Assembly (NCBI GenBank): GCA_043228905.1
Contig: JBHGNT010000015.1
Location: 2,790,001-2,854,000 of the forward strand
Origin: Azolla caroliniana
Lineage: Eukaryota; Plantae; Polypodiophyta
DNA: 64,000 nt
Direction of reading: 5' to 3'
In this document: one piece after another, positions 1 to 12,500 of the stretch
Position numbering within the stretch: the stretch's first letter is position 1
How the letters are laid out: every line of letters begins with the position of its first letter
Program-made: the position numbers and the translations under genes
Notes under the pieces: model-generated
Databases searched by the model: none
What the model was told of the DNA's origin: nothing
The model's input: the letters and a program-made list of their open reading frames with translations, nothing else

Positions 1-452
1 GACCCAGAATCCGCCGAAATAGAGGTAGAACCCGAAGATTGGCTCACGTGCATGTTCGAAGAAAGCCCAATTATGACAAGGCTTAGTGGGCCACAAGAGT
101 CTCTGAGCGATCAAAGCACATCTCGGCCGATTCCGAAGCTGGACAAAGGGAAGGTGAAAATGCCGGATTATGAAGACAATCACTTCAATGACAACGAATG
201 GACTCACTCCCTCGATAGTGAGTTCGAAGGCCTTGACATCCGGACAAATGGAGCGAAGAAAGCCATAGTATCTGCAAACGAGTAGCTCTGCCGATCCACC
301 CGTGAAAAGAACCCTGTAAGCCGATTCGGCTACAACCATTATATGGCGTACCATTACGCCTTTATGATGAAGGTAGCGACAATACGGGAGCTGGAAACGT
401 TTTCCGAAGCCACGAATGACCCAGATGGGTTGAAGCGATGAATGAGGAGATG
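1..452 (+). pseudogene. Ty1/Copia pol fragment (integrase-RT linker), host of the whole nest
   Basis: Translates as ...RSTREKNPVSRFGY...VATIRELETFSEATND / WVEAMNEEM, the typical Copia EPxxF...WxxAMxxE motif before RT; it has a stop and a frameshift and is cut at 453 by an LTR. Confidence 0.7.
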
Positions 453-906
453 TGTTACCGATTAGGAACACTGTCTACTCTCAGTCCTTCGAGGTAGACT
501 TCAAGGTGATTGTGGTGCAAGGGATAGATCCGTAGGTGCGCGAAGCATAACAGGCTTACAAAGCAAAGCGTATCGTCTGGACGTGAAGGGAGATGGCTAC
601 AACCGAAGCTCACCAGTACGTGATCTCATATACACACTTACCCTACGCTTACTAGCCCACAATTACCAATAGAGTACTACACCGAATCAGTAGATGACTT
701 ACACAGACATAGGAATTAGAGAAGATAGTCCTGTATTAGAAAAGGTAGCTCCCTAAATATAGCTACCTCTTTACAGAGGATTTCTGCCCTTTATATACAC
801 AGGGCTTTTAGTCCGTTACGCTCCTAGTGTGAACCGTTACATGCGTTTCTTTAACACTTCTAGTAATATATCTTACTCGTCTAAGCGTTAGGTCCGACGG
901 ACAACA
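453..906 (-). repeat. 3' LTR of Gypsy element G0
   Basis: TGTTACCG...GACAACA termini; similar to LTRs at 47204-47600 and 56935-57288; TATATAAA on minus strand; lies just downstream of the G0 accessory ORF once C1 is removed. Confidence 0.8.
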
Positions 907-908
907 CT

Positions 909-925
909 TGGCACGCCTGTGGGAC
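909..925 (+). promoter_or_regulatory. Inverted tRNA-Arg PBS-like sequence in the PPT position of G0
   Basis: TGGCACGCCTGTGGGAC, 2 nt inside the LTR; same motif at 7849 and 47603. Confidence 0.75.
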
Positions 926-935
926 AGTGCCATGG

Positions 936-1214
936 TGTTGGGGACAAGGCCGTTAATGCGGATGTGCAAGCACCATTCGTGAAGAAGAAGAACCTGTGTA
1001 TTCATGAGCAAGATAGACACAGGCACAAACAATACGTTATATTGCAATAGAAACAGTTACAAAAGACAACCGACCCTCACTAAAGGTTACAAAGTCACTT
1101 TATATAGTGACTATCCTAGGGCAACTGCCCTTTATGCTATTTACAAAAATAGCCCGAACTTGGGCTGTCCAAAGGGATAGTGTGAATATGGCCATTATAC
1201 ACTCGTATTCGACA
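936..1214 (-). repeat. C1 3' LTR
   Basis: Matches 30031-30336 apart from a GA-microsatellite indel and substitutions; adjacent PPT. Confidence 0.9.
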
Positions 1215-1414
1215 CTCCCCTATAATGGGCGTATACATGGGTTATCTTAAAGAATTACAGGTATATATACAAGGTTTATCGGACATATCGGTTTTGTCAG
1301 AGTCGGCAAGATCCAAAGGTAGAAGACCGAATCGGTCTAGCCGAAAGAGCTAAAGCTGATCCTCAGAGAACCGATGTCGGTGGTCCGAAACCATCCTGTG
1401 CTGTGTGTCTGACT

Positions 1415-4400
1415 TTAACCGGACTGATTTTTTGTTACGCCCATCTGGTGCCGAAGGGACCAGAAACGATCCGCCGAAAGACACTTGGTCATTCCATCTG
1501 CGGCATTATTGGTTGTGGATATCTTCTCGAGACCGATTTTCTTGAAATGACGCAGTCCCGAACGAAGTGATATCGAACGTCGATGTGCTTAGAGGCGTTG
1601 TGGTGAACCAGATTTTTTGACAAAGCAACAACACCCTGACTGTCACTGCAGACAACTGGAGACGAGTCAGAGTCGACCTGTCAAAACGTGTGCGCCAGCC
1701 GATCGAGCCATAAAGCTTCTTTTGCCCCGTCGGATGCAGCTACATATTCCGCTTCGGTCGTTGAGGTGGCTTTTCACTCTTGGAGTTTTGACTTCCACGA
1801 GATTGCTCCATTGCCGAATTTGAAACAATATCCGGTTGTTGATTTCTGACTGTCCACCCAGCCGGCGAAGTCTGAGTCAGTGTAACCGACTATGCTTGAG
1901 GTTGAGTTCGGGCCGAAAAGAATGCCGTGGTCTTTTGTGCCAGCTAGATATCTGAACACATGCTTGACTGCGTTCCAGTGCGATCGGCCGGGGTTGTGCA
2001 TGAATCTGCTAACGACTCCTACGACGTGAGAAATATCAGGCCGTGTCACGACCATCACATACATGAGGGAGCCGACTGCCCGTGCATACGGTACCGACTT
2101 CATATCTTCCCCCTCCGGACCGGATGTCAGACAGTCTCGCTGAGACAACCGAAGGTTAATGGGGAGCGGGGTCGAAGCAGACTTGGCCGAGTTCTAAGAC
2201 ACGTATGATGTAGTCGGTTTGAGACAAGAAAAGTTGTCGTGTATCGCGATACCAACTAATCTTCATACCAAGTATGTGTCTTGCCGGACCGAGGTCCTTC
2301 ATGGCAAACTTCAACCGCAGTTGCTGAACGAGTTCGGTGAGCTCTCCGACATGCCGACTGAAGAGTAGCATGTCATCCACGTAGATGATGAGGAAGATGG
2401 GAGACCCGTCTTGAGTTGTTTTGATGAAGAGACAGTGGTCCTCATCACTCTTTGAGAAGCTGACCGATTGGATGAAGTCGTCGAACTTCTTGTACCACTG
2501 TCGGGGTGCCTGTTTCAGGCTGTAGAGACTCTTCTTGAGTTGGCAGACTAGATGTTCCTGGCCGGATGTCACAAAGCCTTTCTGCTGCTCCATATAGATT
2601 TCCTCCTATAGGTCACCATGGAGGAATGCCGTTTTTACATCTAGCTGAATCAGCTCCAAGTTGTCGGCGGCCACAACGTCGAGCATGAAACGAAGGGTTG
2701 TCATTTTCATCACTGGTGAAAAGATTTCGTCGAAGTCGACGCCATATTCTTGTCGAAATCCCGTCGCAACTAATCTGGCCTTGTACTTTGGGGTGGTCGA
2801 GTCAGACGTCTCTTTTAGTCGATAGACCCACTTACACGGAAGAGCACCTCGATTCTTCGGTAATGCGACCAAGTCCCAAGTCTTGTTTGCCCGAATGGAG
2901 TGCATTTCCGACTCCATCGCCAGATGCCACGTGGCTGAATCGGCAGATGTTGATGCTTCTTCTTAAGACGTCAGTAAAGAAAATTCCAGGAGAGTACCTC
3001 TTCGGAGGTTGCGACAGTCTCTCGGATTTGCGAGGTATGACTGGACTAGTCGCACCGGGTGTCAATGTCGGATGGTCGGGAGCCGAGTCATTTGGCTATG
3101 CGGAATCGGTGGATTCGGTGTGAGAGTTGTCGGTTACCCGTGAAACCGATCTCGTGTTGTGGGCTGGGCCGTCATGAAGGGTTGGCACTTCGGAAAATAT
3201 TACCCTTCGGACTTCAATAGGCCTTTCGACTGTTTTATGCATAACCAACTCGTTGAACACGACGTCTGAACTTCGAACGATTTGTTTGTGCTTGGGGCCC
3301 CAAAGTCGGTATCCGATCTCGCCGTCGGGTCCATATCCAAGAAAAACACATTTCCTTGACCTTGGTTCAAGTTTCCAGCGGTTGTCTTTCGGTATGAGAG
3401 CATACGCCTGAGAGCATATGCCTCACAACCGAAGATCCTCAGTTTGTCATAATTCGGCTTACTGCCGGTCCATATTTCCTGAGGTATTTGAAGTCCTAGA
3501 GGTCTCCTTGGCGACATATTTATTATGTGTACTGCCGTAAGTAGAGCCTCCGCCCAGAAGCCATCCGACAGGCCGGAGTGTTAGAGCATGGATACTACGC
3601 ATTCTTGAATCGTCCGATTCATGCGTTCAACAATTCCGTTTTGCTCTGGACTATAGGGTGCCGTATATTCACTTTGAATGCCTCGTTCTCGGCAGAATTT
3701 GACGAATTCTTCAGACTTGAATTCTCCTCCATTGTCGGTTGGGAGACATTTCAGTTTCCGACCGGTTTGATTTTCGACTATTGCAAGCCATTCGGAGAAG
3801 ATCGAGAACACCCGATCTTTGGTTCTAATGGGGTAAGCCCACACCTTCCGAGTCAAGTCGTCAATAAAACTGACGAAGTACGAAGCACTGCCGAGAGACT
3901 GATGTGGCATCGGGCCACAGACGTCCGAGTGGACCAAATCGAGGGGACTCGATTCTCTTGGTGCTGATGTCGGGTGTGATGTGGCTACCTGTTTGCCGTA
4001 TTGGCAATGCTTGCAGAATTGGTGATCTAAGAAGGAGAGTTTGGGGATGTAACCGGCTCTGGATAGGTGCGTTATGCCGGGCTTGCTGAGGTGTCCAAGT
4101 TGTCCGTGCCATAACGATGACACGGGGATATCAACAAAAAATAAGTCACCCTCTTTGAGTGTGACATATAAAGGATACAAGGAATGTACCTTTGGTCCTC
4201 GAGCAAGCAAGATGTTCCCTTTGTGGAGTGTCCACCCTCCTGATGAGAATATGTACGGATGCCGGCTTCGTCAAGTTGTCCGACTGAGATCAAGGGTCTT
4301 GAAAGATCAGGAACGTGTCGGACGTTGTGTAGTATGAGTGTAGAGCCTCCCGGAAGGTTGAGCTCTACGGTGCCGATTCTGATTATAGCACAGTGCTGCG

Positions 4401-4432
4401 AGTTTCCGACTTGAACTGAGTCGGAGTGCCGG
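1415..4432 (-). pseudogene. C1 pol pseudogene (partial protease, GAG-pre/integrase, RT, RNase H)
   Basis: Fragments with HSDVCGP, DNGGEF, QNGIVERMNRT, YVDDML and YTDSDFAG; colinear with the C2 ORF but with stops and frameshifts. Confidence 0.92.
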
Positions 4433-4532
4433 TGTCGTAGTGTATTTTGTACACTACATGAAAAATTATTTTTGGTCTTTCCGGATACGACATGGAGTAC
4501 CCGGTGAGAACCAGAAGGAGGAACCGGTAAGG

Positions 4533-5318
4533 TGACAGGAACTCAACGCTCCTTATATGCAACGCTCGGCCACAACCGAGCTTAGAATCATACACAGAAA
4601 ACGGGAAATAAAACACGACACAAAGAAGAGGAGGATACACAGGATGTTTACGTGGAAAACCCAAAGAGGGAAAAAACCACGGCAGCCCACAGGCTGCAAA
4701 CTATCACTATGTTAGAATGTACAACGGTGAGTTCACGGAGGCAACGACCTCGTGCTCACGATCTTCGCCACAGGCGGCGGTTACAACAGAGGCAACGACC
4801 TCTTTCTCTCTCTCTCTCTCTGTACACAGTTACGCACTGTCTCTCTCCTTGCACCAACAAGAATGACAACAACTGTTAACTAGAAGTTTGCCCTAAGTCA
4901 TATTTATACTAATATGACTTTTTGGCTATTTACAAATATAGCCACGATGGACTCTCAGAAAACATATTTACGAATATGTCTCTTCATCCGGTGAGCACTC
5001 CTCGCCGGGTCTGCACCATCCGGCTCTCCGTAGCCGGGTACTCCTCATCCGGTTCTCACCGGGTCTGCACCATCCGGCTCTCCGTAGCCGGGTACTCCTC
5101 ATCCGGTTCTCACCGGGTCTGCACCATCCGGCTCTCCGTAGCCGGGTACTCCTCATACGGTTCTCACCGGGTTTGCACCATCCGGCTCTCCGTAGCCGGG
5201 TACTCCTCATCCGGTTCTCACCGGGTCTGCACCATCCGGCTCTCCGTAGCCGGGTACTCCTCATACGGTTTCGGCCTGTTCTTCTCCCTTCCCATCCAGA
5301 GGGACCTGTCTCCCAACA
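4533..5318 (-). mobile_element. Solo LTR, family D
   Basis: TGACAGG...CCCAACA termini; TSD TAAGG at 4528-4532 and 5319-5323; reverse-complement homologue at 51167-51853. Confidence 0.9.
5004..5273. repeat. 54-bp tandem repeat x5 inside LTR D
   Basis: CCGGGTCTGCACCATCCGGCTCTCCGTAGCCGGGTACTCCTCATCCGGTTCTCA repeated; about 3 copies in the 51167 LTR. Confidence 0.95.
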
Positions 5319-5451
5319 TAAGGAGACCCGGTAAGAACCGAATCAAGCAGAACCGGCAAGAGCCGGATAAAGAAGGCCGGTGAGAGTCTCTCACCGAATG
5401 AAGAGACATATTTGTAAATAAAAGAAAATATAAAAATATATATATTACATG

Positions 5452-6031
5452 CATATTTCCTAATATTCGCGTACGTCCAATTTACTGGACGTACGCGAAC
5501 GTTTGCAAACGTACGCGTATGATACGCGATATTCGTTTGGCTTCTTTCTTTTTTTTTTTCTTTTTTTTGGTTTTTTTAATTTTTGATATTCATAATATTT
5601 TGTGAATAGAAGTGACATCTGACACACATACACACACACTCTCTCTCTCTCTCACACGAGAACTGACAGATTTTCTCTCTCTACAAAATCTAGATATCTA
5701 ATATACATATTACATACTCCCTCACACAGACAAAACCCATAGCTCCTCTCTCTCTCTCTCTCTCTAGAGTCTAGATATACACTCAATCACTGTCTCCTCA
5801 CACATGCAAAACAGGGCTTCTCTCTCTAGATCACACACGCTCTCTCTCTCTCTCTCTCTCCCCCTCACACACACACACACACTATGTACACCATATACAC
5901 CATATGTATATATAATATATCTATGTACCGCGTATGGATTTCAATCATACTTGGAGCCTTTTCACGTATGAGTATGATACGAATATTGGCGTTTGAGTAT
6001 GACACGAATGGGACGTATGGCTAGAACTATG
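5452..6031. mobile_element. Non-autonomous hAT-like MITE
   Basis: 8-bp TSD ATTACATG at 5444-5451 and 6032-6039; imperfect TIRs CATATTTCCTA / TAGAACTATG; subterminal TACGCG/GATACG motifs; CT and CA microsatellites inside. Confidence 0.7.
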
Positions 6032-6583
6032 ATTACATGCATAGGGCAAGATTCGAACCTTGTACCTCCATGTTAACGAATTTTAAGCCTTACCACTATA
6101 CTAGCATATTATGAATTGTAAAGTTATACTAAACTTTATCCCATGCAAATATTCTAGATATACATGGTACAAAAAGTTATTCATGCATACACACTCGAGT
6201 TAAAAGAAAAGATGGGATAGAAAGTTAATCATGCACATGCAATGTGCATGAAAACTAAAGTTAGAAAAAGCATATAGTCTATAGTTAGAGAAAAAGGTTT
6301 GGATTGTGAAGACTCTCTCATCACTATATAAGGATGAGGAGCACAATGTAATAGGGTGTGAAAAATATTTGGGAAATTGGATATATTTCCTAAAACACCA
6401 ATTAATATAATATATTCATGGGATTCACGAATTTGTGATCAAAATTGTCTCTTACTATCTAAATATTAATACACTAAACTCGTGGGATTCACGAGATTCA
6501 TAACTTACCTCTCTTTCTAATAATCTGTCCATAACCATAAACTTGTCTCAAATTCTTCCTCCTCCTAGTCCAAAACCCCAGTG

Positions 6584-7192
6584 TACTACGTAAGCTTCAT
6601 CTGTCGAGTCTTTGGCGAAAGACTTTCTCCGAGCTGCTTCAGTCAGGATTGCGTTCGTGACTTCGGAGTACTTAACGGCAACTGTTGAAGCATTGCACAC
6701 GGTTGTAACGAAAGTTTCCCATGAAGAGGGGAGACTACTCATGAGTATCATTGCTCTGAGTTCATCCTCGATTGCCGTCCCCTGAGATGAGATTTGGGAG
6801 CTTATGCTTTCGTACTCATTGAGGTGTGCTTGAACCGAATCAGATTCCTTCATCCGCAAGTTGTAGAGGTGCCGGATCAGATACATCTTCATTGCGGCAA
6901 CCTTCTTTTCATACGTTTCCGACAGTGTTTTCCAAAGTTCAAACGTTGTCGTGCATGATTGCACTGTGAAGTATACTGACTCCAACAAGTGCATCTGAAT
7001 TGTGGCACGGATGATTTTGTCCAGCTTTAGCCACTCGTTTGCCTTGTATGCTTCTGGAGGATTTTCATTCTCAATAGGGTCTATCTGACCCTTGACTATG
7101 AGATAGTCCTGCATTTGTTCCTTCCAGAATTTGAAGTTCAAACCGTCAAAACTCCTTAGACTCATCTCCGATGAGCCGGATGTTGATGCCAT
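6584..7192 (-). pseudogene. C1 gag N-terminal part
   Basis: MASTSGSSEMSLRSFDGLNFKFWKEQMQDYL...SSLPSSWETF, nearly colinear with C2 gag. Confidence 0.9.
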
Positions 7193-7848
7193 CTGCTTTG
7201 GTTTCGGTTGGTAAGACTCACTTCGGAGTTGACTACGAACCTTAGTGGGGTGCAACCGATCGGCTCACCCGATATCGTTCTAGTCGGTTTTGAACCCGAG
7301 TAGGTTTGGTTTCGGATACTTGTTGCTAAACTTGCTCGGAGTGAGTTCGGTAACTTGAGGGACAGAACCGGCTGGTCTTCCCGAATGTTGCCGAGTTAGA
7401 GTGAGCCCGGTTGTTAACTCTTAGGGCCGGACAATGGCCTAACACAAGGTGTCTACGGAAGACACGTCACCAAAGGGTGTTACGGCAACCGGATTAGACT
7501 CAACGCTTAACCCGACTTAATTAAGTTACTTAGCATGATCGTCTTTCATAATTACACGCGTAAGATATAACAATTAAGACAGAACGACAATTAACACAGA
7601 GAGATAACAACGCTAAGCTTTTATTAATTAACCGCTATTCATTACATTGTATCCGGGCCTTTAAATAGGTTTCCGGTCTGTATTACAAAACGGTGCCATC
7701 CGCACCTGTTCAGGATCGGTCCGGATCCGGAACGGCATACCGATTCCAGTCCGTCCGTCCACACTCATAGCTTAATTACAACCACATTCCTACTACTTAA
7801 ATAACTCTCTGTTTCCCACTTTGGACTCCTTTGCCGGCCGGTAACACA

Positions 7849-7865
7849 TGGCACGCCCGTGGGAC
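7849..7865 (+). promoter_or_regulatory. Inverted tRNA-Arg PBS-like sequence in the PPT position of G1
   Basis: TGGCACGCCCGTGGGAC, 2 nt inside the 3' LTR; no purine tract on the sense strand. Confidence 0.75.
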
Positions 7866-9552
7866 AGTACCTTGTACGTCGAATCCACAACCGACCCTTG
7901 CTATTCTTCGTCCAAAATATCCAGAATGCTTTGTTTGAGAGTCTCCAATGGTTCATCTAGAATTGGTTGTTGTTGTTGTTGTTGTTGCAGCTCTGTTGAC
8001 GTCTGTTGCGACGGGTCCGTTGATGGCTGCTGCGGCTGCTCCTCCGTTTGTTGCTCTGACACCGACGTCTCCATCGTTGCTCCCTTTGTCGTAGTGGTCT
8101 TCGATTCACTGGTTCCGGGCTGGCCCTCAGCCGACGACGGTTCCTCATCACTAAGGTTAACCGTTGCCGCTTCCCGTGCTTTTTCTTCCCGAACCCGGGA
8201 CCGCTCGTAGCTTTCAAACTGGATTTGAGCGTCCAGCCTATCATCGTCTAGCTGAGCTACGAGCTGCCTGACCTGTGCCAGTTGTTCATCCGCCAGGACT
8301 TGGAAGTCGTTGGCCAGCTCGTCCCGTATGGCGGTGAAGTCCTCGGAAGTCAACGTATAACAATCATCTCCTTCCTTCCGCCGGTTTGCCACGTCTGCCC
8401 ATAGCAATTGGAGTGCCGCCGCGTTTTGTGCCCACTTTGTCCACCATCTTACGGAGCTTTCATCAATCAAGTGTTTTGTCTGATTCAGCTATGCCCGGAG
8501 GATGGACTGAATCCAGCCCGTTCCCAATTGCGATTTGGTTTCCGCCGCTTTCCGTTCCTCCTTCAGTTGCTTGATGATTTTGACGTTATCTTCCGCCTGC
8601 GCCTTGTAATGCGTCAATTGCCTTTGATATGTGCTTTATAATTTCTGCAATACTGTTGACGCTCTCTCTTTTTCTTCCTGCTGCTGCCTCTGGAGCTCCA
8701 TCCGGACCTTCTCCGCCTCGTCCAAGCGTCTTGTATTTTCCGCACGTTCGTCGGCTATCGCCGTCGCGGCTCGATCAACTTCCTGATGGAGCTCGGCCAT
8801 CTATTCCTTATGCTCCGTTTCCAGCCGTTTGTAGTCCCGGTGCATGTGCTCAAAATCATCTGTCTTTTGCTTGAGCCGTGCGTTGATCTGTTGACGGGCC
8901 CGGTCCTCGCGGTCCTTTTGCTGGTGGAGCTCTTCCTTTAGCCGTTCAATTTCCGTTTCCGCCGTCTTCCGCAGCTTGTCCTTTTCCTGCAGCACTTTGT
9001 CTTTTTCCTCCCTTAGCCGGTCGTACACTTGATGGCCTTTTCGGAGGCTCTCCTCTGCCCGGCGGAGGTTCTCGGCAGTCTTCTTTAATTCGGCTTCGGC
9101 CGCTGTCTTCAATTCCCATTCACGGCTCCTTAGCGCTTCCTGTGCGGCAAGTTCATCTCTCAATTCCGCAAGCTCCTGGGCTTGCGCCGCATCTCTCGCC
9201 GGAACAGTTTCCGTTGCCGGGGTCTTATTGGTATGTACAGGTCGATCCGTTTCTTTATTCTGTACACTTACAAGAGTCACCAGTGATTGGATCTGTGTTG
9301 CCGTTAAGGCCATTTTGGCCATCTCTGTCGTGACCTGATCCAAGTCTTTTTCAAGGCACCGGATTCTGGACCGGGCCGTCTCTAGTTGTTCGGTTGTGAC
9401 GAGCAACCGTTCGCTTTGCGCTCTTTCTTCCTCCTCAATATACCCCACTGCTCCGGCTATCTGTTCGCCTATCCACCGGAGCCACAGGCTACCGGTGCCT
9501 TGTTGTGCTTGCACGGAGGTTTGACAGATGGGCTCACTTGTAGATGGGTGGT

Positions 9553-12500
9553 TGTTGGAGACGAGGAAGGTCGTCTTTGCGGAAGATCAAGAAGCATTCG
9601 ATTCTTCTGAATACCTGCGTATGACAGATTGTAGGTCGTGCACAGAGAGAGAGAGAGAGGGAGAGACACAAAAGACTTTCTTATTCCATAAAGCAATAAT
9701 ACAACATCCAACCACACAAAAAGGTTACAAGGTCGCTATATATAGTGACCGACTTAGGGCAACTACCCTTTATGCTAATTACATAAATGGCCAAAACGGG
9801 ATAGTGTGAATACGTCCATTATACACATGTATTCGACACTCCCCCGTAATGGGCGTATACATGGATTATCTAAGATTACAGGTATAGACTTAGGTTCTCG
9901 GACATATCAGCTTTGTTCGAGTCGGCAGGGTCCGAAGGCAGAAGACCGAACTGGTCGGGTCGGAACAGTTGAAGCCGATCATTAAGGAACTGATGTCGGT
10001 TGTCGGGAACCATCCTGCTCTGTGTCCGGCTCTAACCGGACTGGTTTGTCGTTACGCCCATCTGATGCCGAAGAGACCGAAAACGGTCTGCCGAAAGACA
10101 CTTGGTCATTCCATCTGCGACATTGTCGGTTGTGGATATTTTCTCTAGACCGATTTTCCCTGAAATGACGCAGTCCCGAACGAAGTGATATCGAACGTCG
10201 ATATGTTTGGAGGCGTTGTGGTGAACCGGATTTTTCGACAAGGCAACAGCACCTTGACTGTCGCTGTAGACAACTGGAGCCGAGTCATGGTCGACTTGTC
10301 GAAACGTGTGCGCCAGCCGACCGAGCCACAAAGCTTCTTTTGCTGCGTCGGACGCAGCTACATATTCTGCTTCGGTCGTTGAGGTCGCTGTGCACTCCTG
10401 AAGTTTCGACTTCCACGAGATTGCTCCATTGCCGAATTTGAAGCAGTATCCGGTTGTTGATTTCCGACTGTCTATACAGCCGGCGAAGTCCGAGTCGGTG
10501 TAACCGACTACGCCTGAGGTTCGGTTCGGACCGAAGAGAATGCCATGGTCTTTTGTGCCAGCCAGATATCTGAACACATGCTTGACTGCGTTCCAATGCG
10601 ATCGGCCAGGATTGTGCATAAATCTGCTAACGACTCCTACGGCATGAGAAATATCAGGCCGTGTCGCGACCATCAGGTACATAAGGGAGCCGACTGCCGG
10701 TGCATACGGTACCGACTTCATATCTTCCCCCTCCGGGCCGGATGTCGGGCAGTCTCGCTGAGAGAGCCGAAGATTCATGGGGAGCGGGGTTGAAGCAGAT
10801 TTGGCTGATTGCATGTTGAAGCGTTCCAAGACACGTCCGATATAGTCGGTCTGAGACAAAAAAAGATGTCGGTTATCGCGATGCCGACTAATCTTCATGC
10901 CAAGGATGTGTCGTGCCGGACCGAGGTCCTTCATGGCAAACTTCAACCGCAGTTGCCGAATGAGATCGGCAAGTTCGCCCGCGTGGCGTCCAGAAATTAG
11001 CATGTCGTCCACGTAAATGATGAGGAAGATGGGTGATCCATCTTGAGCTGGTTTGGTGAAGAGACAATGGTCCTCATCGCTTTTGGAGAAGCCGATCGAT
11101 TGGATGAAGTCGTCGAACTTCTTGTACCATTGTCGCGGTGCCTGTTTGAGGCCGTATAGACTCTTCCTGAGTCGGCAGACTAGATGTTCTTGGCCAGTCG
11201 CCACGAAGCCTTTTGGCTGCTCCATATAAATTTCCTCTTCAAGATCACCATGGAGGAAGGCTGTTTTGACATCTAGCTGAATCAGCTCCAGGTTGTCGGC
11301 TGCCACTACGCCGAGTAGAAAACGAAGGGTTGTCATTTTCACCACTGGTGAGAAAATCTCGTCGAAGTCGACGCCATATTCTTGTCGGAAGCCCTTCGCA
11401 ACTAATCTGGCCTTGTACTTTGGGGTGGTCGAATCAGACGTCTCTTTTAGTCGATAAACCCACTTGCAAGGAAGAGCACGTCGGTTCCTGGGTAATTCGA
11501 CCAGATCCCAAGTCTTGTTTGCCCGAATGGAGTGCATTTCCGACTCCATCGCCAGATGCCAGGTGGCTGAATCGACAGATGTCGATGCTGCTTCGTAAGA
11601 CGTCGGTTCGCCGGCGTCGGTGAAGAAAATTCCAGGAGAGTACCTCTCCGGAGGTTGCGACAGTCTCTCGGATCGGCGAGGTATGATTGGACTGGTCGCA
11701 TCGGGTATCGAGGTCGGACGGTCCGAAAGCGAGTCATTCGGCCGTGCCGAGTCGGAGCTGTCCGAGTCGGGAGTGTAAGGTTCAGCTACCCGTGAAGCTG
11801 ACCGTGTGTTAAGAGCGGGGCCTTCTTGAAGGGTCGGCACATCGGAAAATGTTACCCTTCGGACTTCGATCGGTTTTTCGATTGATGGATTCATAGCCGA
11901 CTCGTTGAACACAACGTCCGAACTTCGAACGATTTGTCTGCGTTCGGGGTCCCAGAGTCGGTATCCCATTTCGCCGTCTGATCCATATCCAAGGAAAATG
12001 CATTTCCTGGACCGAGGTGCAAGTTTTCGGCGATCATCTTTCGGAATAAGGGCATACGCCTCGCATCCGAAGATCCTCAGCTTGTCGTAATTCGGCTTAC
12101 TGCCGATCCATAGTTCCTGAGGAATTTGAAGTCCTAGAGGTCTACTTGGCGACATATTGATTATGTGCACTGCCGTGAGTAGAGCCTCTGCCCAGAAGCC
12201 ATCCGACAGTCGGGAGTGTTGGAGCATGGAAACTATCCGTTCTTGGATTGTCCGATTCATTCGTTCGGCAATCCCGTTTTGCTCCGGACTGTGTGGTGCC
12301 GTAAATTCACGTCGGATGCCGCGTTGTCGGCAGAATTTGACGAATTCTTCAGATTTGAACTCTCCCCCATTATCGGTCCGAAAGCATTTCAGTTTTCGGT
12401 CGGTTTGATTTTCTACCATAGCGAGCCAATCGGAGAAGATCGAGAAGACACGATCTTTGGTGCGAATTGGATAAGCCCACACCTTTCGAGTCGAATCGTC

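Larger units (their letters stand above)
4433..6583 (+). repeat. LTR of the G3-related (TGTCG...CGACA) family, 3'-truncated and carrying two insertions
   Basis: Starts TGTCGTAGTG and is a diverged reverse complement of 31901-32665; the last ~45 bp and ~360 bp of C1 gag/protease are deleted at 6583. Confidence 0.8.

Noticed and set aside
909-925. Ordinary PBS of a plus-strand element, or a tRNA gene
   Set aside because: All ORFs and TATA motifs of this family are on the minus strand, G1 and G4 have a separate PBS at the other LTR, and only ~17 nt resemble tRNA with no cloverleaf.
5004-5273. Regular 54-bp repeats as a CRISPR array or a repetitive protein (ORFs 4922-5383 and 4968-5264)
   Set aside because: Head-to-tail repeats with no unique spacers, inside a TSD-bounded solo LTR; the ORFs are by-products of a repeat length divisible by three.
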